A stretch of DNA of 64,000 nucleotides from the NCBI GenBank assembly GCA_034422315.1, contig DAOUJT010000176.1, positions 3,075 through 67,074 on the forward strand. The letters run 5' to 3'. A program made the position numbers and the translations under genes. Source of the stretch: Chloroflexota bacterium. GTDB taxonomy: Bacteria > Chloroflexota > UBA11872. The notes below the pieces were generated by a model that had not been told where the DNA came from, made no database searches, and was given only the letters and a program-made list of their open reading frames with translations. Below, piece after piece: positions 46,813-54,900 of this stretch. Position 1 is the stretch's first letter. Each line of letters opens with the position of its first letter.

Positions 46813-47379
46813 CTAGGCCCACCCAGGTTTCCGCTGCCACGCAGTCTTCGGTGCGTTGTCCATAACCCGGTCGCCGGGTTTGAAGATCAGCTGCGCGCAG
46901 CGATCGCTCAACACCACCCGCAGCGACTCACGCTGGCCGCGTAAACACCTCTGGTGGGCCGATACGGCGGGTGCGGGCTCCAGCCCATGCCCGCGAAGTC
47001 CAAGCCTCGCTCCCGCCAACGGCGCGAGTCTGAATCCCGTATCCGACGGCTCCGCTCGACCGCTCGGGACTGACACGAGGTTCTTTCGGACGAGCTGTTC
47101 ATCGCTGCGATCAAACCCAGTCGTCGCACTGCGAGAGGGGACGCTAGGGCCAACTCCGTCGGGCACTTCTAGGGGCTGTTCCCAGCCCTCGCTCCAGGGG
47201 TCCTCGGTCCGCGAACTGCGATGTGGTACCGAGTCGTAGTCGTCGGGATCCGGCACGTCGTCGGCGGTCAGAATGGTGAGCACTCGTCCGTACGAGCCAA
47301 GTCCAATGGCTTCTTCTCGAAGCGCGAACGTGGTGGAGGCGGGACCTCTCGCCCTGTTGCACCAACGGATTCTGTCCAC
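46813..47379 (-). CDS. Hypothetical protein upstream of the helicase (possible accessory gene)
   Basis: 188-aa ORF on the same strand, 66 nt upstream of the helicase, with a GTG start right after an in-frame stop. No motif recognised. Confidence 0.35.
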   Translation of the reverse strand: MDRIRWCNRARGPASTTFALREEAIGLGSYGRVLTILTADDVPDPDDYDSVPHRSSRTEDPWSEGWEQPLEVPDGVGPSVPSRSATTGFDRSDEQLVRKNLVSVPSGRAEPSDTGFRLAPLAGARLGLRGHGLEPAPAVSAHQRCLRGQRESLRVVLSDRCAQLIFKPGDRVMDNAPKTAWQRKPGWA

Positions 47380-47605
47380 TGTCTAGCCTCATGTCTTGTC
47401 GTCTGGCGCATGGGGTACGAGGACTTGAAGAATGGGCGGCGAAAAGAAATACGACCGCGACGACCGCAGCGTCTCAGAAAAGGAAAAGGAAGAAGGAAAC
47501 GACGACGCAAGAAAAGATTAGAGTGAAGCCTTGAATAGCTTCCTGACGGCGATCCTGCATACACTGCCGGACGAACTCCCACCAATACCAGAATAAGAGG
47601 AATAG

Positions 47606-47630
47606 AGGGCGGGCCGAAATGGCCCGCCCT
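47606..47630. terminator. Bidirectional GC-rich hairpin terminator
   Basis: AGGGCGGGCC-gaaat-GGCCCGCCCT, followed by TTTTCTC on the plus strand. It lies 9 nt beyond the stop of 47639..48043 on the minus strand. Confidence 0.75.
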
Positions 47631-47638
47631 TTTCTCAC

Positions 47639-48043
47639 CTACCAAAGAGTTTCACCCATTAGTTCTTCATATTGCTTATGCAGCTTGTCGATTTCATTTC
47701 GCAGTTTTTCCTTCTGTTGGACAATCGCAGACAACTTAGTATCTCGAATCTCAGCTTGGGCACGGATTATTTTCAAATACCCTTCATCAAACATAGGTGG
47801 TGATCGAAATGTTCTCGCAAGATAAAGCCGCTGCTGTTCAAGTTTTTTCCACTGATCTTGAACATCACATAGCTCTTGCTGAAGATCGCTAAGCTCTTGA
47901 ACTTTATCTGCGATGCCAAGTTCGAGGCTGAGTTCAATATTGGAAACGCTATGAATGAAATCTGTGAGAGTGGTGTCGATGTTCGACAAACTCTTACGTA
48001 CTCCAACTAGATTTCGTCCCAAGTAATCGCCACCCGCATTCAT
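47639..48043 (-). CDS. Coiled-coil hypothetical protein (134 aa), low GC
   Basis: ATG at 48043 is preceded by GGAGG 7 nt upstream. Heptad-like 'VQELSDLQQELCDVQDQWKKLEQQ...KEKLRNEIDKLHKQYEEL'. A terminator follows. Confidence 0.6.
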   Translation of the reverse strand: MNAGGDYLGRNLVGVRKSLSNIDTTLTDFIHSVSNIELSLELGIADKVQELSDLQQELCDVQDQWKKLEQQRLYLARTFRSPPMFDEGYLKIIRAQAEIRDTKLSAIVQQKEKLRNEIDKLHKQYEELMGETLW

Positions 48044-48128
48044 TGCAGCCTCCGGTGTATCTTTCAGCACGTTTCGCATGAGAATCCACGATCCCACGAA
48101 TATACAATAACAAACCGTGCTATGGTTA

Positions 48129-48827
48129 TCACCGCACCGTAGCTGCCATGCGTAGTGCAATACGCGCCTTTCCCCATGTGCCACAAGGCCGGGGCATGGC
48201 AGCTAGGGTCCGGTACCAACCCAAAAGCAGTGGGACTGTGCGAATCCCGCTGTAGGGGCTGCGTAGGCGCTCGCTGCGGCTCACTGGCGGCCTGAACCGC
48301 ATCGGCCTGTTGTGAGAGAAAGGCCCACAGTCTCCGCGAGTGACCGTCAATGAGCTGCAGGGACCGAGCGCCCGCAAGGGGCCGCTGAGAAAATCGTGGT
48401 GCATCAGAGTAGGAGTTGTCGTGGAGTCCCTGGGAAACCCCGAGTCGGATCGGCAATTCACCGCAACCCGGTGCGCGCGCTGCACCTTCTGTGGGTTCGA
48501 ATTCAGCCACAGGGTCGCTGAGCTTGGTACTGGGTCGCCGGGTCGCATCGGGATGCGTCCAATGCCGGGCACGTTGCCCAGTGCTTTGGAAACCCAGCAA
48601 TAGCGTACGGCGCGATTTTGACTCACGACGGCTGCAACGGGTTCGGAACTCAGCTTTGCGAATCGGATGGCCGTACTCGTAAGCGAGATCTCAAACTCAT
48701 CGGCTATCTCCCTTACGTCGTCTAGTCCGGGCGTGCGACGGTCGAGCGCTGTGATAAACGGGTCGCGGGGCATCAGCAGTTCGGCGGCGAAGTGATCAGC
48801 TTCCAACTCGTGCCATCGAAAGGTAAA
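48129..48827 (-). pseudogene. 5'-truncated ImmA/IrrE-family metallopeptidase remnant
   Basis: It begins at 'HELEADHFAAELLMPRDPF' (the family's second conserved block). The HExxH block is missing, and the reading frame is closed by a stop at 48828-48830 directly beside the next gene's terminator. Confidence 0.6.
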
Positions 48828-48831
48828 TCAA

Positions 48832-48861
48832 AGGCCCGCCCCTATTGTTTGGGGCGGGCCT
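48832..48861 (-). terminator. Rho-independent-type terminator of the small RG-tail gene
   Basis: AGGCCCGCCCC-8 nt-GGGGCGGGCCT, 15 nt after the 48877 stop. On the minus strand it is followed by TTGATTTACCTTT. Confidence 0.75.
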
Positions 48862-48876
48862 CCTAAAATAGAAGGA

Positions 48877-49098
48877 TTACCGGCCTCGACGACCGTGGCC
48901 GCCTCTTCCTGGCCTTCCCCTTCGACGACCACGGCGAAGACTGGCTCGCTGAATCTGGTTTCTTTCGAAAACTTCATTGAGCCCTTTAGCCAATTCATGC
49001 TGATTGTTTTCCAATTCCTTCACAATCTCCAACACTTGTGCAACATCTTCAGATATTGCATCAAGCTTTTCCTGAGCCTCTGGCGTATCGCTACCCAT
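48877..49098 (-). CDS. Small protein (73 aa): acidic helical N-terminus + Arg/Gly-rich tail
   Basis: AAGGAG lies 7 nt upstream of the ATG. 'EAQEKLDAISEDVAQVLEIVKELENNQHELAKGL' is followed by 'RRGRRRGRPGRGGHGRRGR'. It has its own terminator. Confidence 0.65.
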   Translation of the reverse strand: MGSDTPEAQEKLDAISEDVAQVLEIVKELENNQHELAKGLNEVFERNQIQRASLRRGRRRGRPGRGGHGRRGR

Positions 49099-49197
49099 AC
49101 CGAACTCCTTTCATATAGCAGATCGGGCCGAGCAGCGTGTGCGCGAACACCGACGAGGAGAGTGGGTGAACTCGACCCGACCCGCACCGGACACTAG

Positions 49198-49470
49198 CAC
49201 AACCTAAAAGAATCCGGCAAGTGTGGACGTAAAGGCACTATATTTGAAGATAGTAAACTTGGTCTCAAGAAATGGTTTGCTGGTATTTGCTTGTTCACAT
49301 CGAACCGGAAAGGGGCTCCTTCACTACAAATCGCATGCGATCTCGGTGTCAATAAGGAAACGGCATGGTTCATGTTGTCTCGTATGCGGCATGTAGCCGA
49401 TAAAATGGCTGTGGACGTACTGAAGGGAATGGTAGAGGTCGATGAGTGCTGGGTTGGTCGTACGGGAATG
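49198..49470 (+). mobile_element. IS1595-family transposase fragment (N-terminal ~85 aa only)
   Basis: Open frame 'KCGRKGTIFEDSKLGLKKWFAGICLFTSNRKGAPSLQIACDLGVNKETAWFMLSRMRHV...VEVDECWVG' matches my memory of the ISXO2/IS1595 N-terminal region. No DDE domain follows. Confidence 0.65.
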
Positions 49471-49570
49471 CGCAGTCCCCCCGACACACGGGTTCAACCC
49501 TCCATTACGGCGGCCACGGCTGGAAACGCCGTGACCGCCGGTGCAACCGATTGCAGGTCCTTTTGCCGGT

Positions 49571-51049
49571 CTACCTGGGTGATGACGCTCCCGGCCCCAG
49601 GCGTTTGGCTTCGGCGTCGTAAGCCCGCACCCGGGCCTGGAACTCCACGTCCGGATCGCTGCTGGCGATTCTGATTTCCTTGGCGACGGTGATCCGGTTG
49701 TCGTCCCCCTTCGGATGCACCAGGATGAAGGGCTCATTGCTCCAGTTGTTCCCCTCGACGCCCTTGGGCCGCCACTGCACCAGCCAGGCGCTGATGTTGA
49801 CGTCGTCGGCCTCGGCGTTGGCGGGATCGTCCCACGTGATCAGCAGGTCTCCGTTGTCCTGCACTGTCGAGGTGACGTTCCTGGGAGCCTCGACGCTGGT
49901 GTTGCCGTTGCCGTTGGCGGGCCGCAGGATGGTGAAGGTGTAGGTCTGCGATTCCTCGGACCCCCTGGGCGTCACAGCCGCGGTGATGACGTTGATGCCC
50001 TTCTTCAGTGGAACGTGGGTCCGGTCGACCTCCACGTCCTGATTGCTGGTCAAGGTCACGTCGTACAGGTCGGAGTTGTGGGCTATTGCCGCGTGCGTGA
50101 ACCTGGGCGGCACCTTGGCGGTGTAGGCCATGGTGTCGGCGTCGAAGGGGCGGTCCACTTTCAGTCGGCGTTTTTCTTTCGATTCGCCCTGATTGTTTTT
50201 CTTGTGGATCAAGACGATGAACTCGAAGGGCTTCGGCTCCACCGTCTCCGTGGTTGCGGTGGTGAACCGGACCGTGGCCTCACCCCCGCTGCTGGCGGGG
50301 TCGTAGGTGATGGCGTCCCTGTCGCTCACGGTGAGATCGTAGGTGGCGCCCGGTCTCAGGTTCCTGATTGTAATTTCGACGGCTACGCCGTCCTCGGGAC
50401 CGCCTTTTATGGCCCAATTGACAAAGCCGTACGTTATGGGGCCGTCTCTGTCGGCGGGCTTCCACGATAGGCGATGGCCGCGCCACCGGCGGCCGCCTTC
50501 TTGGTAGGGCGTGATGTTCTTCCAGGTCACCACGGCGGTAGTCGCGGCGGGGGCCACGGCAAGGTCGGTTATGGCCCCTGTGACCACGATGCTCAGCGAA
50601 ACCGTGTCGCCGTCGGACCAGGACAGGCCGCTGGTTACCCAGTAGGGAAGTTTGTTTCCGAGGAAGTAGCCTTCGTCCGAGTCCGGAAACGCGAGCCACG
50701 TCGAGCCGACGCGGAGACTCAGCCCGCTCAGCGCCGTGTTTACGTCCTTGTCGAAAAATACTCCGAGGCCGCCGTTAGACAAGGTGATTTCCGTAACCGT
50801 GTACGTGGTGGCGGGGTAGCCGAGCTCGAAGTCGTCGTCCGACAGGACGGGTGTCGAGCTGCATTCCTTGCCCGGCACATCGTTGTCGCAGCCATAGACG
50901 CTATTGCCAAGATCCTTCACCGTCAGCGTGGCGGACCAGACGGCGTCGGTCTGGGCCCGGGCCGGGGTTGCCAAAAGGACCGCGAAGACGGCAACGGCCG
51001 CCAGGGCGAGGATGGTCACGGCGCGGTTGAAGAGCTTCACGTGGGGCAT
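49571..51049 (-). CDS. Secreted FN3/cadherin-like beta-sandwich repeat protein
   Basis: Signal peptide 'AVTILALAAVAVFAVLLATPARAQ'. FN3-like 'TDLAVAPAATTAVVTWKN' and 'APRNVTSTVQDNGDLLITWDDP...FQARVRAYDAEAKRLGPGAS'. RBS AGGAAGGTG. Confidence 0.75.
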   Translation of the reverse strand: MPHVKLFNRAVTILALAAVAVFAVLLATPARAQTDAVWSATLTVKDLGNSVYGCDNDVPGKECSSTPVLSDDDFELGYPATTYTVTEITLSNGGLGVFFDKDVNTALSGLSLRVGSTWLAFPDSDEGYFLGNKLPYWVTSGLSWSDGDTVSLSIVVTGAITDLAVAPAATTAVVTWKNITPYQEGGRRWRGHRLSWKPADRDGPITYGFVNWAIKGGPEDGVAVEITIRNLRPGATYDLTVSDRDAITYDPASSGGEATVRFTTATTETVEPKPFEFIVLIHKKNNQGESKEKRRLKVDRPFDADTMAYTAKVPPRFTHAAIAHNSDLYDVTLTSNQDVEVDRTHVPLKKGINVITAAVTPRGSEESQTYTFTILRPANGNGNTSVEAPRNVTSTVQDNGDLLITWDDPANAEADDVNISAWLVQWRPKGVEGNNWSNEPFILVHPKGDDNRITVAKEIRIASSDPDVEFQARVRAYDAEAKRLGPGASSPR

Positions 51050-51101
51050 TTTTCACCTTCCTTTTTGCTGCCCAAAAGACGCTCCGGAATCTATGCTCGT
51101 T

Positions 51102-51382
51102 TTACTCGGCGGCCCTGGGCGTGGTGTGGTCGCCCTTGACCCGCACCCACTCGGTGGACGCGGGGGCGCGCTCCGAGTGGCCGCCTCCCGTGAACGAGCG
51201 CACGAAGACGCCCGTGGCCACGCCGTTCTTGAGGCCGGTGATGGGGTAGCGGGTCACCCCGCCGGCGACGGACAAGCCGTCCTCCGCGCCGCGGGCGCCT
51301 GCTGGCTGACGAGGGCGGTGAGGAGGGCGAGGGCCGCCACGGGGCGACGCCTGGAGAGCACGCCAACCCTCCTCGTGAGCAT
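51102..51382 (-). pseudogene. Collapsed paralogue of the 51974..57397 gene (signal peptide joined out of frame to the last ~65 codons)
   Basis: 'MLTRRVGVLSRRRPVAALALLTALVSQQAPA', then in another frame 'GAEDGLSVAGGVTRYPITGLKNGVATGVFVRSFTGGGHSERAPASTEWVRVKGDHTTPRAAE*'. Compare the big gene's C-terminus 'GAEDGLSVAGGVYSYTITGLQNGVATGVFVRSFTGGSYSERSEHSSEWVRTKGDHTTPRAE*'. Confidence 0.8.
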
Positions 51383-51469
51383 GGCGCTGCCCTGCCTCCC
51401 CGGTTGCACCGTTGCCGTGACGGACTTTTCAAACGCCACCGGCGGCGGCGGCCCGTCGTTACCGCCACA

Positions 51470-51600
51470 CATTATAGGGTCGATATGTGTATTTAACGTG
51501 CACCCCCCCCATTTGCGATTCTTACGTGTATTTCTGGGCCTTTTTCCGCGATAAACCGGCCGAATCGAGTCTTCAGGTCCGGTTCGGCGACCTCCAGACC
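51470..51600. repeat. Copy A of a ~125-nt duplicated divergent-promoter segment (C8 tract at 51503-51510)
   Basis: It aligns by eye with 57500-57620: 'TAGGGTC.ATA.GTGT.TTTAACGTG.A-polyC-..TTGCGAT..TTACGTGTATTTCT...CGCGATA.AC...AATCGAG...TCAGGTCC.GTTC'. Confidence 0.8.
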
Positions 51601-51698
51601 GCTAGGGAAGCGCTGAATACATCCGTGGGCCGCGCTTCAATCCCCCTGCCCCCGCAAGCGATCTTGCGTAACCCGGGCGTGGTTGCCCGGAAGACCCT

Positions 51699-51807
51699 CA
51701 CCCCAGCCCTCTCCCTGTGGGAGAGGGGGCGGGAACCACCCCAGCCCCGCCCACCGGGGAGAGGGGGCAAGAACCACCCCAGCCCTCTCCCACGGGAGAC
51801 CTTTGAA
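51699..51807. repeat. Three tandem ~38-nt REP-like units (CACCCCAGCC...GGGAGAGGGGGC)
   Basis: 'caccccagcc' recurs at 51699, 51737 and 51775. Unit 1 contains the hairpin CCCTCTCCC-tgt-GGGAGAGGG (51707-51727). Confidence 0.8.
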
Positions 51808-51816
51808 TAAAGAGGT

Positions 51817-51975
51817 AGGGGCGACGCATGGAGCCTGTTTCATAAGTCAATCAAACCTGCGAATTCGTGGTTCGACAGGCTCACCGTGAGCGGTCCTGAA
51901 CCTGTAACGCTGGTCCTGAGTTTGTCGAAGGACGAGATACGGCGACTTTTGAAACACCCTCCATGCGTCGCCCCT
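51817..51975. repeat. 159-bp MITE-like element with 17-bp perfect terminal inverted repeats
   Basis: AGGGGCGACGCATGGAG (51817-51833) pairs with CTCCATGCGTCGCCCCT (51959-51975). There is also an internal inverted repeat TTCGACAGGCTCA...TGAGTTTGTCGAA. The right arm overlaps the stop codon of the 1807-aa gene. Confidence 0.75.
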
Positions 51976-54900
51976 ACTCGGCCCTGGGCGTGGTGTGGTC
52001 GCCCTTGGTCCGCACCCACTCGCTGGAGTGCTCGCTCCGCTCCGAGTAACTGCCTCCCGTGAACGAGCGGACGAACACCCCGGTGGCCACGCCGTTCTGA
52101 AGGCCGGTGATGGTGTAGCTGTACACCCCGCCCGCGACGGACAGGCCGTCCTCCGCGCCGCCGGCATTGGGGTCGGCGGGGTTGGCCCAGACGCCCGGCT
52201 CCTGGCTCCAGCGCAGGGCGTGGCGGATCTGGTCGTCCTCGAACCCGGCCCTGGGCGCGACGGTCCAGGTGACGGTCAGCGTGCCGTCACCCGGCGTGAT
52301 TTGGATGTTGTAGGGCTCAAGCTGTCCCGGCGTCGGCGGCGCCGACTCGGCCGGGGCCTGCTGCTGCTCCTGGGCCGGGGTGGTGTCGGCCACCGCCACG
52401 GCCACCGAGGCCAGGGCGACGTCGACGTACCGGCCATCGCTGCTGGCGACGCGGTGGCTGATGCCCACGCTCTCATCGGTGGCGTCCCCGTCGGCCACCC
52501 CGTTCACGGTGAAGGTCTCGGGCAGGTTCCAGTCCTCCGGCCGGATGACGACCGCCGCCGGCACGACGACGGCCTTGGCCGGGTCGGAGCTGACCGCCGT
52601 GACGGTCACCGCCGCCGTGGGCCGGCTGTCCAGGACCACGGTGTAGCTGGCGCCGCCGTCCTCGGCCACGCTCAGGGTCGTCGGGGTAATCGTCACCCCG
52701 GCGGTGTCGTCGTCGCTGATGGTGACGGTGGCCGCGTCCTGCCCGGCGCCCGCCGGGTCCCAGCCCTGGGTGACGGCGGCGATGGTGACGGTGAAGGTCT
52801 CGTCGTCCTCGTCCACCGCGTCGTCCGCCGTGGGGACGGCGATTGCCAGGGTGTCGCTCCCTCCCGGCACGGTGACCGGCGAGGCGACGCCGCCCACGTC
52901 GGCGCTATCGGCGGAGCCGGTGTAGCCCGCCGTGACCGTGAACGTCACCCCGCCCGCCGGCGCGGCCTCGCTGAGGGTGACGGTCAGCGTCGCGTCGGAC
53001 CCTTCCGCCGCGCTCGCCGTCCCGCTGACCGAGAAGGTCTTGGGCGTCGCCTGCTGCTGTTGCTGCTGTTGGGGCGGCGGCTGTTGCGGGGTCTGTTCCT
53101 GCGGCTGCGGCTGTCCGGCCCTGGGCGTGGTGTGGTCGCCCTTGACCCGCACCCACGCGCTGGAGTGCTCGCTGCGCTCCGAGTAGCTGCCGCCCGTGAA
53201 CGAGCGCACGAAGACGCCCGCGGCGACGTCGTTCTGAAGGCCGGTGATGACGTAGCTGGTCACCCCGCCTTCGACGGCGACGCCGTCCTCGGGGCCGCCC
53301 GCGCCCTCGCCCGTGGGGTTGGCCCAGACGCCGGCGACCTGGCTCCAGCGCAGCGCGTGGCGGATCTGGCCGTGCTCGAACCCGTCCCGCGGCGCGACGC
53401 TCCACGTCACGGTCAACGTGCCGTCGCCCGGCGTGACCTGGACGTCGTACGGCTCGGTCTGCCCCGGCGTCGGCGGCGCCGATTCGGCCGGCGACGCCTG
53501 CTGCTGCTGCGCGTCCCCTTGCCGCGGCGGCTGGCCCTGGTCCTGGGGCTGGGGCAGCGCGCCCGTCTCGCCCTCGGACGCCGGGGCGCCGCCGCCGGAG
53601 CCGGGGGAGCTCTGCGAGGCCTGCGAGCCGCCGCCGGAGGACGGCGACCAGGGGCCGGGGCCGACGTCGTTCACCGCCCGCACCCGCGCCTCGTAGGTCC
53701 CGCCGCTCAGCCCGGTGATCCCGTGCGTGTGGGCCGCCAGGCGGAGTCTCACAAACTGGTTGTGACTCCATCTCAGGCTCACGCCGCTCAATCCCATCAG
53801 CTCATCGAACACATCGGCGGTCGCGATGGAGTACGGCACGCCGTCGACGTACAGGGTGTAGGCCTCGCGGAACGCCGGCGGGGGCACGGAGTCAAAGCTC
53901 ACATAGAGTGTCCGGTCCACCGGAACGAAGTAGACGCCATCGATGGTGTAGACCGTGTCCTGATAGGTGAACACGCCGCTGGTCAGGTACAACGGCACGC
54001 CGCGGCTACCTTCGCCGCTGCAGTTGGCCAGGCCGGCGTCGTGGTCATAGCAGCCAAAGGCCTGCGTACCGCTCGAACTCCGCCTGACGGTCAGCCGGGC
54101 GGTCCAGATGGCGTCGCCGTCCGCTGCCGCGTGGCCGCCGTCGGACCAGGTATTGGCGGTGGTGTCCTTGTACTGCACTTCGTAGCGGTCGATCGCCGAG
54201 CCGCCGCGCTGCGCCGGCGCGTTCCACGACACGCGAATACCGCCGTCGATCGCCTCGAGCGTGGGCCGATCCACGGCGCCGGGGAAGTCCAGCGCCGCCC
54301 ACGGGCCCGGGCCCTGGGCGCTCTGCGCCCGCACCCGCACGTCGTACACCGTGCCTGCGGTCGAGCCAACGAGCGTCGTTCTCGACGCGGCCGTCCGCAC
54401 AATAGTCACCCAGCCGCTGGATGGGTCGCTGGAGACTTGGTCCGGGGCCGACGTCTCCTTGAACCGCACCTCGTAGCTGGTCGGGGCCGGGCCGTCGCCG
54501 GCGGGGGGCGACCAGGACACCTCGACCTCGTCGTTGACGGTCGTCCCGAGCGTCAGCGCGGCGGGCGCGCCCACGTTCTCGGCGATGGTCAACGTGATCG
54601 CGTCCCGCCGGTCGCTGGCGTAGTCGGCGGTGTAGGCGTCGCCGGCCGGCTGTGAGTACGCCATCGAGGCCTGGACCCGGATCGACTCGGCCGCCTCCGA
54701 CTCCGCGTCCCCGTGCACGTTGAGACTGAGGTACTGACGCTCCGGTGTACTGCTCACGGGGAACGTCAAGGTGACCACCGCCGTCTCGCCCAGGACGTCA
54801 GCGGTCGGAGAGGTCACCGTGTAGTCCTCGCCGTGGCGGGCGTCGCCCGTGAGCGTCACGCTCACGCGGGTCTCGGTGTCCTGCGGCTGGAGCGTTACCC

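Noticed and set aside
47221-47645. Track ORFs 47221..47526 (+) and 47268..47645 (-)
   Set aside because: The long forms run through the bidirectional terminator or overlap the upstream gene. Only a short charged peptide (47443-47532) is conceivable, and it is mentioned only as a possibility.
48487-48512. T-loop-like 'GTGGGTTCGAAT' string
   Set aside because: There is no complementary T-stem, no acceptor stem and no CCA. It lies inside the ImmA/IrrE remnant reading frame and is likely coincidental.
5100-49500. Integrase/recombinase defining the island
   Set aside because: I looked for tyrosine-recombinase (R..HxxR..Y), serine-recombinase and DDE signatures among all plausible ORFs. I found only the IS1595 stub. 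An HMM search is needed before concluding that none is present.
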